This document shows, piece by piece, positions 11,901 to 30,454 of a DNA stretch of 64,000 nucleotides. Position 1 is the stretch's first letter. Every line of letters starts with the position of its first letter. Both the position numbers and the translations under genes were made by a program. The notes under the pieces were generated by a model. It saw only the letters and a list, made by a program, of their open reading frames with translations. It was not told the DNA's origin and did not search any database. The DNA comes from Bugula neritina (taxonomy: Eukaryota; Animalia; Bryozoa): positions 26,862,628 to 26,926,627 of the forward strand of contig OZ037767.1 of assembly GCA_964035545.1 (NCBI GenBank), read 5' to 3'.

Positions 11901-13839
11901 TATAATGTAAATATAATTTATGTTGTCATTATGTAACATTAAATAATTTATTAATACTTCAGTGATTACAGAAGGAATTTTTTTTATAAATTTACTCAGA
12001 CGATGCATGCTTCATTAACTAAACTGATGTGTCCAGTCTTCCAATTTGTTCAGAGCTGGACTATGTTTTGCTGTCATTAATGAGCAGCAAGTGTTGAGCA
12101 TGCCCATTGCTATGTCATCTGTGAAATATAAACTCCTACTAACGTCTTGATTGCCTCGTATAATTTAAATTATATTTGATTGGTCTTCTTTGTAACAGGC
12201 AGTAGCCCCAGTACTTTTTATGGACACATACTTATTTTAAAATTTTATATTGAGTTGTGATTGTAGTTAATAGTGAAAAGGCGGTTATCTCAAAGCCACC
12301 CCAACCTCCGTTAAAGACACCTAAAGCTAAAGTTAAACCTTCTGGCACAGCTACTGTTTTCAAGACAGGTTTACATCGAGGAGACAACCATGAAACGGGT
12401 CAGCTAGAGTCCACCACAGATGATGATGACGTTGATGACTATGAATTGAGTAATGGTGGGTGTGGCAGACAGCATTCTTTATACTTATTGCAGTGCATTG
12501 CTGGATATGACTCAGACTCCGTGGCTCTCACTTTTTCAAATGTTATAAATGGCTTTTATTATAACTTAATAAAGTTTGTGGCTAGCCTCTGTTTTGCAAT
12601 GGAGTAGTTCTTATTAGAATATTTCGATTAACAGGCCATGACAAATCAATGTTGCCAACCTCGAAACCCGAGGCTTGGGTTTCATCTACTAATTTGCCTG
12701 TTGCTCCTGTGAAGTCGGAAGGTAAACCAAAGAATAGTAAATGTAAGTGTCATATTTCTAAACTTTTATATACACTATATTTGAAAAAAATTCTCTGCTC
12801 TAAATAAGATTTTGCAAGTTGAACATAGTTTATTCAATGTTTATTAATCGATTCATTTAATGCATTGCATAATTTTCTTATGTATCTTTCATAACTGGCT
12901 GAATTGTGTATCAATAGCTAAAAAAGCAGCTGCCATAGAGTCAAGTAAGAACCAGAGAGAGTTAAACCGTGAGGCAGAACTACAGTTGGAGATAGAAAAG
13001 CTGAGAAAAGAAGCAGAAGCTTCTCAGATGAGGTAATTGTAGCGTTACTATATAACAAACAATACTAAGTAATCAGCATTACTAAATAGTCTGCATTACT
13101 AATATGACTGAAAACTGTTTATTTTTTGTGGTCAATCAAGTGCTTTACATTACATTACACAATCATTACAATATTGATAATATAAATAAAGATGCATGAT
13201 ACTTTCAACTTGGTGAATACAGGCTGCATGTCTAGTGGTATGATAGGTTTTACTAAGGCACTTCTATACCACAATGTTAACCAATAAATGCCAACATCAA
13301 AATGCTATCTGAGAATAATAAAGTGTATTTCTTTCCATTAGAATATCTAAACTTGAGGAAAATTACAACCAGAAGCTAGAAGATATAAAACATGAAACAG
13401 TGAGAGAGGCTGCCCAAAAGGAAAGAAAACTCCATGAGGAAGTTTTACTGTAAGTATTCAGAAATTTTTTTATTTTAGTGAAAGCTAAATTCTTGGCAAA
13501 AGCTATGTTTTATTCTTTAGATTTTTGATAGACTTCTGAAGGTAGGGGGTGATAAAAAAGTATTCTAAGATGTGAAGTATTTTTAAATGCTTGTTTAAAA
13601 TTGATGCTGCCTTAGAGGTGTTAGTAGAAAATAAAAAAACTAGTAAAAAGGAACTTGATGGAAATTTTCTTCATCTGTATGATTGAGATTGACTGATGTA
13701 TTCCTCTAGCATGAGAGAGGAGTTACGTCGTCAAAATGAAGAAATGCAAGAACAACTGTTGAAAATACAAAAGGGGAAAAGTGAAGAAGAAAATAATCAG
13801 AAAAAAGTGTCTTCATCGAAAATATGTCTCCTACAATAG
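631..13839 (+). CDS. NIMA-related kinase, NEK9/NEK8 family (N-terminal DUF4347-like domain, kinase, RCC1 repeats, coiled coil, C-terminal CaaX), ~1319 aa
   Basis: Phase-consistent exons: 631-796, 1335-1481, 1810-1910, 2196-2372, 2648-2724, (2850-2864), 3416-3629, 3981-4204, 4713-4854, 5508-5636, 5967-6092, 6476-6643, 6747-6901, 7164-7614, 8321-8539, 8786-9038, 9477-9634, 9930-10102, (10441-10467), 11552-11739, 12267-12455, 12635-12742, 12918-13032, 13342-13449, 13710-13839 (3960 nt, a multiple of 3). Kinase motifs are intact: GKGAYG, VILKEI, HRDLKTQN, DFG, GTPYYISPE, SDIWALGC. AVLYRKKDDDSLV resembles NEK9 ATLYRRTEDDSLV. RCC1 repeats include VFTYGRGTEGQLGHG, VYTWGDGTYGKLGLG and VITFGRNTEGQLGSG. 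Exact ortholog (NEK8, NEK9 or an invertebrate paralog) not resolved. Confidence 0.9.
4442..4603 (-). mobile_element. tRNA-derived SINE (head resembles tRNA-Thr AGT) in a kinase intron
   Basis: Minus strand reads GCAGCCGTGCTCTAGGGATTAGAGCATTGGCTTAGTAAACATGAAGTCATGGGTTCAATCACCAG, with degenerate A and B boxes and a TAGTAAAC anticodon arm. It is followed by a body (GGCCATTGGTGATGTTAGGAAGAGCATC) and a short A tail. The stems are broken, so it is not a functional tRNA. Confidence 0.7.
5866..5942. repeat. (TA)n microsatellite
   Basis: Long TA run ending about 25 nt upstream of the acceptor at 5966. Confidence 0.95.
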
Positions 13840-14464
13840 TCTTTTCCTTTACTATCAAGAAAAGTTCTAGTATTTCCCTTCCACAGATATTGTCAGGTAT
13901 GATGAATCCTTATATTTACAAATATTATAATAACTTGCAATAAAATATGGGGTTTTTTTCTACAAAAAATTGAGTAGTTACCAAAATGAAACTTTCCTTT
14001 TCTATAATGTTGAAAATAGTCTTTCATTATTTATATTTTACATTTTGTGCATTCCCCTTTTTAAGTTTACCTGTGATATAATTGATTTAGATAGTCATAT
14101 ACCGTCCGTTAGCTTTTCTATCCTTTTGCCAAATTTATTACTAATTTTATTCTTACAATCCTATTTCTGCCCTATAAGCATTCCATGATCAGTTTAACTA
14201 ACGCAGTTTTGTTGTTGGAATGCTGTTCAACTAACTGTATGTCAAATATAAAAAGTTGCCTAATTTAATTACTCTGAAAATGGCATGAATAGATTAAGGA
14301 TTTCTAATCGTATCATTTTTGTATTATTTTACACATGAAAACTGTGCATAATATATTTACTGATCTCGTTATAATATAAGTTTATGTATATTTAAAATGA
14401 GAAAATTTCCTACCAAAAATGCATAACTTTGATATATGTGACAAAATGAAAAATTGTTTTTAGC

Positions 14465-14536
14465 AATAAAATATTGATACTGACTTAACCTAACGACTTT
14501 CTCTGCTGGGTATTGATATGTACACATAACTTTATT
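14465..14536. terminator. Opposed polyadenylation signals of the kinase (+) and zinc-finger (-) genes
   Basis: AATAAA on + at 14465-14470 (another at 13939) and on - at ~14531-14536; the AT-rich background lowers specificity. Confidence 0.4.
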
Positions 14537-14814
14537 TACATGAATTTTTGTGACAATTCAGAAACTTTAATACAAAAGTCAATACAATTGGAACCCATGT
14601 GTGATTCACTTGTACTGTACTGTACCATATCCTATGTTACAGTTATAATTAGCCTATAGTTCTATCTGCAATAGTGATAGACATACAATACAGACATTAC
14701 AAAGAAGAGTTTCTCTAGCTAAAACACTTTGGTATTTCATTTCTACATTAAAACCATAATATACACAGAGTAAAATAAAATACTGGCATCAACTTCAACC
14801 ACATATGTTTTATG

Positions 14815-16469
14815 CTACGTTTGCTGAGAGTTGAGTAATAGGTCTGTAGAATTTTCATATTTTGTCATTAATAACTCGTGGTCGTCCTCTCTTTCTTCAC
14901 TTTTAATATTCATAACCTCTAGACTCCTCAAATTCGAAGCAGAGTTACTAATCTCAGTGGCTTCATCTCCATTAGGAAGTTGTCTGCCTACAGAGTGTTT
15001 ATTAAACATGTGTTGTCTGAGTAAACTAGCCTGCCTTCCAGCGTAATCACACAGCTCACATTTAAAGGGCAGGTCACCGGTGTGCCTCAGTTTATGAGTG
15101 TTGAATACGCCTCTACGCTTTGTAACAAATGTGCATTGATCACACGCATATATGTTGATGTTGGGGTCATTGGCATGAATGAGCATGTGCTCTCTGTATT
15201 GATCTCTCTTGTAAAATAGTAAGTGACAGACTCTACAGGTGATATACCTCACACGTTTATCAGTTTTAGCCCGAGATTTACCAGGGCGTCCTACTGCAAT
15301 CCTACCTCCCACCAAACTAATCTCTGTAGCCTGAGTTTTATCAGAATCATCGGCTAATGAAGATTCTAGGTTTATTTCACAACTCTGATTCGTGGTTGTC
15401 TTCCTTTTAGCGGTGTTGAGAGAAGTGGAGCTAGACGGGCTTCTGTCTCTTTCTAAAAATAGACAGGCACTAAAATACTCGTATCATTGTAATGTGCAAA
15501 CAGAAATACATGCAGTAACAAGTTGTAAATCTTAAATCAAATAACTTCTAGATACTGCTAAATTTTAACAATATTCTCTTAATTTTAAAAAATTCCAGGA
15601 CTAGCAGGCGCATGCATTGCTAACAGAGCTAGTATGACAACGGATTCAAAAAACAAAAACCCAATGCATAAAGTTAAACTAGAATTACAATTCAGCAGTA
15701 TTCCCAAATATTGCATTTCAGTTATAAGACAAAACGTAAAATATTCTGTACGTATATCAAAAACCCCTCACCAATAGAGTAATCTTGATCCACCACTAAG
15801 CTTTCCTCGGCCATATTATCATCACTGTAACTGGATAATTGAGAGGTGTTGAGTATTTCTCTGCTATTGCTAACTGGCTCGTTCTACAATGGTAATGCTA
15901 GAATACTTTGTGGTCAGATTTGTAGAGGTTGAGTTATGGGGTGATGTGCATAAAATAAGTCAGCTACAAATAAGAACAGGCAATGAGTGTATATGAAGTA
16001 AGTTGATAATACATTTGAGGAATTGAGGTGTAGATACTTGATAACTCATCCGCCTAATCAGTTATGCAGATGACGCATGCAGATGGGTCATATGCAGATG
16101 GGTTATATGCAGATGAGTTATATGCAGATGGGTTATGCAGATAAGTTATGAAGTATATATGATGATGGGAGATTGGACCAAACACTAAACTCTAAAAATT
16201 AAAGCTGTTAATGATAAGCTAATAATTGACCATTGAGTATATACAACTGAAGCATGGTAACCCATACTTACCACTGAATGGTTTACTGCTACTTCTGATG
16301 GCTGATATTCTTTATTTGGTAAAGGAGGGTTGAGCAGAAGCTGCACTGCTGACTTCAGCTTAGGTATAGTGACCACACACAGAGCTATTTGAGAGACATC
16401 CATATGAACTGCTGACGTTACCAACATCCTCATCTCGGAGAGAGACAGCTGGCTGCCACCACCAGACAT
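14815..16469 (-). CDS. C2H2 zinc-finger protein (three fingers), ~315 aa; N-terminus tentative
   Basis: Exons 16272-16469, 15772-15883 and 14815-15452 join in phase with GT-AG boundaries. Fingers: CRVC…HMLIH, CDQC…HKLRH, TGDLPF linker, CELC…HMFNKH. Start at MSGGG (16469) follows an acceptor at 16485; upstream candidate exons looked non-coding. Confidence 0.8.
16060..16150. repeat. ~14-bp degenerate minisatellite
   Basis: GTTATATGCAGATG units in an intron of the zinc-finger gene. Confidence 0.8.
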
Positions 16470-19400
16470 CTTTATCTGCTTGTCCTATAACAAGACATTC
16501 TAGAATACTCTGCCTCTTCACAGTAATCAAGAGTTGTGGGTAAACTATAGGGATTAAAATATGCATCAAAACCATTGATTCATAAAATTCAACACAGCAG
16601 TATTGAAACCTCCTAAATAATTTTAAGGCCAAATTTCTTAATTTCTCCATTCCCAAGGAAAACAATTTATCATGGCTACATAAAACACCTCAGGCTACTA
16701 GTGGCACATTACTTACCTACATGGATACTAGATACAATACAACACAATAAAGCACTCTTGAGCGCATTTCAAGACTGAGTGCAGAGTAACTATTAATCAC
16801 TAGTAAAATCTACTATACATCACGAGATGCATATTGCCACTACTTGACAGGTACTTGAAATGTCACAGATAATCAAGTGCTGCAGCTTAGCACTGTTCGA
16901 CTTCATGCATGAAAGAGTCTAGCGTGCTTGAGCGCACACAACTGCAGTACTCTGTACTTGATCCAATGGCTAGATAAAAAAGGTTACACTAGTTGTACCT
17001 CAAACATAGGCTATTAGTTGCAAAGCACTAAGATTTACTGCAATTATTTCTATATGGTTATATACAGTCAGTGATATGCTAGAAAGTTCTCCCAATGCTA
17101 TAATTACTTGACCAGGACACAAACCACAATCAACAGTCATATATGCATCAAGATCAAAATCGGATCTATTTATGCATGCAGATGTTGCCACGCTACACCT
17201 TACACTGTTCCAAGTATAACAATAATGATACTATATAACAAGCAAGTTCAATAACTGTAGAGCAAAAGCACTATAATATAAAATGCATCCACCAGCCTAC
17301 TTACAACTATACTAGAATATAATGTAATAAATGTAGATGCCACGCCTGTTCTTAACATTCGAATGTAATGGAGGATAGGAAAGAGGAGCCAACTTGATCA
17401 TGAATTTAATAAAATATATAATTTGTTTATGAAAATGATACTATTACTATAACATTTTGATCAAACAACAAAACATGTGCATACGAACTTGCTAGGTATA
17501 GTATTAGCCTGTAAAATGACTATTGTCTCAATGTCTTCTTTTGTGTTTAGTATATAAGGTGAACTAGCAGCAATTAGGCAGCTATATTAACTTCTAATAC
17601 TAGTGTAGTACAAATGAATTTCATCCATATACACAAAGTAGTAAAATGGTTTATTTGAATATGTACAAAAAACATCTAAGCAATCTATATTTATGTTATT
17701 TTAGATAGAAAAAATTTGGAAGTCTAGCTTTAATGACTACTTGTAGACTTACATTTCTTTACATTACACAGGAGAATACCGAGTAAGTGCTGTCTACAGA
17801 TACAAAAGTTTAATTTTTTTGACAAAAAAGATAAAAAATATTGCTTTTAGCAATAACTATGTGAGTATGGTTCACCTTATAAATTCTCTGCAAGTATAAT
17901 TATAGCAAAATACTTAGGTAACTCACAAACTAATGTGACTTGAAAATTAGCGTAATCAATCAAATGACACAATCACTAAAGGTGATCATATTTTATAAAC
18001 TAACTACTAGAGTTGGCCATGCAAGTTTTTTCAGGTTTCTGATGTCAACCCTCTAGGCTGATCACAACACAGACAAAGAGAGGTAGTAATTGGTTGTGAG
18101 TTATCATTTTATACTAAAACAAAAAGTTTTAGTCAACCAACATGGTTATGAGCTTTCCTATTGAGCTCATTTTCTGGGGTCAACTTATAACTTCTCTCAC
18201 AGGTGAAAATCCTGCTTTCATAGCACAACACCTTTGAGTAATATTAAACAGGCAGCCCATAGTATAACATTATATTATTATATCATTTTATTAATATTTT
18301 AAATATTTTGGTTGATTGTAACTCCAAAAACTCATTTGCAGGACTTTTGCAGAAGGTTTTTCAGCAAGAGAAATATTTTCTTTTATATAAGCTGATTTAT
18401 TATTTATGTATGAGTTGCGCCACACTTGGCACTTTAATTTAGTTCTTGTTGTGTAGGAATATAACTAACTATAATTTCAAAGTTTTCAAGGTCTTGAAAG
18501 GTGCAAGCTAAAGCATTTATATAAAATAGACAGTACTCAGCAATAGAAATCAATTATCATACATAGTATTGCTAAATTTACTGCAGAATTTTTCAAATAA
18601 AATTATTAAATTTCAGTTACTTTTATATGTTGATGTGTTAACTTCATACTTATGTACTATTGTGTTTGATTTTCATTTTAAGTATCTCCCCATGGTGTAC
18701 CTAGTATTCCTTATATCTTAAAACGTAAAGTTATGTTCACCACTCAAAATTTATAAGTGAATAAAAGGCATCATTTAAGTATACTTTCAAATTATTTTCT
18801 GTTGACCACTTTTTACACACTGTGTACGTCTACTATATGCATATATAACCTACATTTGCTATTCTAATGGCTACTCTAATGAGAAAATTAATGTATTTGA
18901 TCAAGACTTACACCAAGTACAGTACCTATAAAACTGTTGTGCATTGCAGTTGTGATTTTATGCAGCTCAACACTGAAATGCATAAAGCTAAATATTAAAA
19001 AGCTAATTGTAGTGTGATACAGACTAATAACAAAATATGTGTCTTGATGTTATCAAGTTTTTATACGTGTAGATGCCATTTGACCTTCTAAAAAACATTA
19101 AAAAGTAGAGTTAAAAAGTAAAAATAATCTTTTTAAATTTAGATTTAAAAACACTAACAGCTTTGTAGACTATCATAATGATAATTATTTTAAACATATG
19201 CCTAACAATCATGATTCAAATTCAATTTCAACACCATGTTTGTTCCAAAATCATGATGATAATTATCATAATAACATTATTATTATAATTATATTCACTT
19301 AATTATTATTTATATTATTATGATCATCATTATGATGATGATATTCTGATTATAATTATCATTATATAATCATTATGATTATGATTATGATTATAATATT

Positions 19401-20012
19401 AATAAAAAATAATATATTATTATTAATTAACAATATGAATAATAATTGCTAATGATGGCAATTGCCATTGCCCATTGGCCATTGGGCTCTGGAGTATTGA
19501 CTTTGAGTGTATACAAAATGAACGCGAGTATAGCTAAAACTAAAACAGACACAACAATCAGCTGTAAATACTAAATAGAGTTAAGATAAATGAGTTCAAT
19601 TAGACACAGATACAGTGATTAAACTTAATCTATATTATTATTTGTAGTCAGTGACTATTGACTATAACTATTGAGTCTGCGATTTTTAGAACAGGAAATG
19701 TATAATAAAAGCATTTAACATACCTCGTTACTGTATAATAAAAATTCTTTCGCTTTTAATTTTCTGCTTACAAAACCTCATTAACCTCTATATCTCTTGA
19801 ATGTAGTTCAGAATTTTAAGTAACATTAATTTTTCAAATAAAATTTTATTTTTTGAATTAATTTTAATCAAAATTAATTTTTAACTCAGAACGTATAAGT
19901 TAAAATGTATTATTATTTTGTACGAAACTAAGAGTTTATGTCATTGATATCTTTAGAATTTTTATTGTTTTTATAACAGAAATAATGTCGATCAATAAAA
20001 TATCAATGCATG

Positions 20013-20022
20013 AACCAATCAG
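20013..20022 (+). promoter_or_regulatory. CCAAT box in the putative MAN1A / zinc-finger divergent promoter
   Basis: AACCAATCAG, ~310 nt upstream of the MAN1A ATG. Confidence 0.4.
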
Positions 20023-20325
20023 AGACTTGGTTTTGATTGAGTTGTCATTAGATTGATTTGCGATCAATCACTTCTAGTCCTTGCTTTGGATATGTTATAA
20101 TTATTAGACTTGGAATTCATTATTCAAGCAACTTAAACAAGTTGTCAAGGAAAACAGCGTCGATAGATAACATTCAAACTCTATTTGAGTATTTTTCATC
20201 GTGATAACAGTAGCACTTATGATGAATATCTGTAAGAATCAGAATGCTGTGCAACTGTCACTGTGAAAGTAAAACTAAAAGTAAACGTAAAATCATTAAC
20301 TTTTAACTTTACTTTCAGAATCAGA

Positions 20326-26111
<5,786 letters not shown>

Positions 26112-26185
26112 ATACGCGCCTAATTTCTGTATAACTTTGTTCTAGTTCATATCAACGTTCTTTTTCTTAGTCGCATTACATTTGT

Positions 26186-26530
26186 GGTCATGCTGTCGTA
26201 CTCACAGTCATACTCTCACTTTCTCACTCATATTCATACTGTCGTACTCATAGTCATACTCTCACTTTCTCACTCATATTCATACTGTTGTACTCATATT
26301 CATACTCTCACTCATAGTTATACTCTCCCATGCATAGCCATATTCTCTCACTTATAGTCATACTCTCTCATTCATAGTTCTACTCTCTCACTCTTACTCA
26401 TACTCTCACTCATAGTCACACTCTTTCATGCATAGTCATACTCTCTCACTTATAATGACTCACTCACTCATAGTCACACTCTCACCCATTTCCATAGTAT
26501 TTCACTCACAGTCGTACTTTCACCTATAGT
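26186..26530. repeat. Degenerate minisatellite in the MAN1A 3' UTR
   Basis: Repeated CTCATAGTCATACTCTCA-like units downstream of the stop codon. Confidence 0.8.
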
Positions 26531-28102
26531 TTTCTTTTTACTTCCACTCTATAACCGCATCATTTAAATATATTATTTTAACACTTATCTGTCTAGTGTT
26601 CATAATGTGTAGACAATTACTGCAATCCTGTAGCAGTTATGCAACCTATATCCTGTTACATTTGCACCGCTTTCCATTATATATACTAGATTCAACTTCA
26701 TTTTCATTACACACTCGTTCAAAGGTTACTCTCATTTATGATATGCTATATATAGGCTAATATGTAGTCTCCATATGTCCAAGTATCAGACATTTAGGCT
26801 CAAAATCATCATACTCAGTTCGATTTCTTAATGACAGGCCGCGCTAATCCTAGCATTCCCACAAACCTCTACTTATGCTAATCTGTGTAGGTAGACAATA
26901 AGCATCTTTTAGAGATCAGTGGTAGCCGGCCATGTGTCTGTATATAATATAATTTAATGATATCAGAATGTTTTAATTTTCAGAAATATGTTTCAGTCTA
27001 ATGCAACTGTTGGTCTTGCCTGTAGGGCAGGTTGTGAAGTTTTATTATGCTCTCTTAACTACGTTTTGTGTCCTTTATTTGTAAAAATAATACCAATTCA
27101 TCTGAAGTATTATTTCACCTAAATAATATGATGCTTATCTGATATAAGATGCGACAATTTCGAGATATTTCATTTTTATATTGACAAGATGAATGTTCTG
27201 TACTAATAATGTACTGGTAACTGAATATTTTTTTGAATGAAAATATTTTAATACGTATTTTTTTACATCACTGTTCCAAATGTTTAGTGAAACTCCAGTA
27301 TTTTAATGACATGTAATATTTATTTTAAATTGAAATAAAAGTAACCTAATTAAGTCTTGCTACTTTTAATTTCTTCTAAATTACATGTAAGTACAACATT
27401 GACATAATTTAAAGTTTCTGGCAGTTATTAAAGTGTAAGTAAGATTTTGTTAGAATTGATCAGATCATTTTCCACTGCTATAATGTACATCTCTATAAAT
27501 AATTTGTTGCAGTGCTCAGTAAATGGAATCTCAAGTGAAGTTTTCAAAGTATAAAAACTAGTTACATCTCTTGACCTCGCAGCTTTTTGGCAGGCTACAA
27601 CTTATGACTTATAACATCTCCCTGAGTGCTGACTTGATTTAGCCTGGTGTAAAAATATCTACATATTTTTTACCTGAAACTTCAGTTATGTAAATCTTTA
27701 ATCATGGAGTATTAATCAATCATCTATATAAAATTTAGAATCAGCTATTACCAGAGTGTTGTATAAAAGGTATGTGCCCATTAACCCTTTGGCAAAGGGT
27801 TAAAGTTCATGGTAAACAAATCGCTTAGATTACAAGGGCGTCGCTCAACAGCTAGCATTTTCGATGCCGTAAAATATACGTTCAAACATAGCATATTTAT
27901 AAGTACTTGACGACTTGTGTAGGTTTTGAAAGTGTTAGTTGGAGCGTGCTGGAAGCTGTTACATTAGAACCATTTTTTACTTTATTCCAAAAGTAAAATA
28001 TTGATATTATTTTTGTTCTTATTTAAAATATAAACGCAAGTGGCATACCCTTAGTTTATAGCAGCTGCTAGTATATAATATTATCATTTAATAACGTTAG
28101 AA

Positions 28103-30138
28103 ATGGCTGCTGCATCTGTAATTGCGCCTGTTGCTGTTAAAGAAAAGACACCAGTTCCTCCGATAGATAGAAAAGAGGTAGGACTAAACAGTGAGTAAAC
28201 TCTGGTCTCACAGTCACTCTCAGTCTCAGACACTGTGGCGGATTTACCTTTACTTTTAGTTTTAGTCATTCATCTAGTTCTACTTTTAGTTTTAAATTAG
28301 GATTTATTTTAATTTAAATTTAAAAATAACTCCCAATCTTTAATCCGAGATACAAATTCATATTGATTACACTTACAGAGATAAAATTAAAAGTTGACTT
28401 TGAGAGTTTAACCTTGCTTTAACTTCAAGTTAAACTGTTTGAGTTTAATTTCAAGATACTGATAGTGATACTGATGGTTTATTTAGTATTTACATTAAAT
28501 TAAAGGGATTAAATTTAAGATTAATGGTTAAACTTAGTAATCATCAATTTATAAATACACATTAAACCTAATTGAACTGACACTGACAGCCTTACTAGGA
28601 TCAGTTCACTTCTTTATCTTAAGAAAAATTCTTATTTATCAATATCTTGCCTAATCTAACCAAGTTGATAGTAGGAGATTACACGAGCAGAAAGAAGCTG
28701 TGGTACAATAATACTAAAAACAATATAGAAATGCCTGTTTTTGGTGAAATCGATGATCATTTATATTATCATTATAATTGTGATCACACTAGAATTACTA
28801 TTGATCAACCAAAAATTGCATGCTTCTCTAAACATTGAAAATTCAACTGTTATTGTCAGTTCGAGTAAAAGTCAAAGACTGGTCTCAAATTGGTTAGCCT
28901 AATAACCTTGGCAATACAATCTGTAAAATCTGTAAAGTTTTGCTTTTGTTATCAGTTAAAATTTTATTTAGCTTAAACTAGTACATGCATTTTTAAGGTT
29001 TTTCGGTACTTTTGATGCACGCAGCCGCCCATTATTTTTTCAAGTATGATTTGAATGCATTTTGCAGGTTTGCCCATTTTTACTACGAGTGTTCACCAAC
29101 ACAGGTCGACCATACCATATATCAGAGTTCTCTCGTGGAAATCTACCGCCAAATCAAGTATCTATCTATACCTGGTAAATGCTCATTCTCCCTTTTTGTT
29201 TATTCTGTAATTATTGTTTATTCAATACTCAGCACAACTGCAGCTAACAAATAAAATATAAAGAAACTACTATACAGTCAGTATTCATTAAAAATGTGAA
29301 TTTGATATAAATCTTAGAAGGTTAGGATTAAAGGTGAGTCATAGTTCCAAAAAAATTTAAATCATATCAATAAATATTGTCAAATTGGTATAGCTATTCA
29401 AACTGACATATTAGTTGTCATTCAGATCGGACCAACAAATATTCTGATCAGAGCGAATATTGTGCTGTACTGTTATTTAGGATGGATGCAACTTTAAAGG
29501 AGCTAGCTGGTTTAATTAAACAGATGAACCCTGATGCTCGAAGGAAGGGAACATTTATAGACTTCTATGTGGTGTTCCCTCAGGTTTTACAAGGGAAGTA
29601 TGTTCAAAGGGACATTGGCAGCATCTGTGTGGGTCAGTAAATATAAATACTTATTGTACATTCATATCTGCAATAAGTTAGCTGATCAATAGGATCTCAC
29701 TTGAATGGTCATACATAAAGTTGTCTTCTCAACCAATAGATTATTTACTCAATAATTGACTAATGCAACATTTTGATTTTGGTTATAATTTAAGTTCTGT
29801 TTTTTCAAGTTCTGTCACCAAATGTTGATGAATTGGTTTGAGTATATTATATTCACTTGAGTAAGCAGTCAGGATATAGTTTATAATAGCCTCTGTTGTA
29901 TACGCTAGGTAATTAAGTAGTCAGAGTATGTTATATAATAGCCTCTGGTGTATACGCTAGGTAAGTAAGTAGTCAGAGTGTTATATAATAACCTCTGTTG
30001 TATACACTAGGTAAGAAAGGCGCAGATGATATGGCAACCCTGAAGGAGAAGAGATTCGTGATTGGAGATTATCTGAATGTAGCCATAAGTCATCCAATGA
30101 TGGCTGGCAGAGGCGGTGGTAGAGTTCGGCCATATTAG
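28103..30138 (+). CDS. SAP18: Histone deacetylase complex / ASAP-PSAP subunit SAP18, 153 aa
   Basis: Exons 28103-28177, 29068-29174, 29481-29632, 30011-30138 (462 nt). Translation includes PIDRKEVCPFLLRVF, IYTWMDATLKEL, ARRKGT, FVIGDYLNVAI and ends GRVRPY*, the characteristic SAP18 pattern. Not present in the ORF track. Confidence 0.95.
29862..30015. repeat. ~51-bp tandem repeat (three copies) overlapping the last SAP18 acceptor
   Basis: Unit GTAAGTAGTCAGAGTATGTTATATAATAGCCTCTGTTGTATACGCTAG; AG|GT junctions at 29908/9, 29960/1 and 30010/1. Confidence 0.9.
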
Positions 30139-30334
30139 CAATATGTCACTCAAGACGGTGTAAATAATGTAATTACATTTCCAATTTCTCTTTTTCAACT
30201 ACACTATATATTTCTTACCACATTAACACTATATAGTTGAATAATACTAAACTAGTAAAGTCACATTATTTTGTATGTACATTCAGTGTATTTACAATGT
30301 AATATAATATTGTATTAACCATAAAACTTTACGG

Positions 30335-30433
30335 AATAAATAGTACATCAAATTAAATACTGTTTGTTGGTTAGTCTGCTAAAGTGAAAAAATACTTGGA
30401 TTGAAAATTTTGATTTCATGTACCAATTTATTA
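30335..30433. terminator. Opposed polyadenylation signals of SAP18 (+) and SOBP (-)
   Basis: AATAAA on + at ~30335 and on - at ~30428, within the 316-nt gap between the two stop codons. Confidence 0.45.
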
Positions 30434-30454
30434 ATGAGATAAACTAAAACTCTT

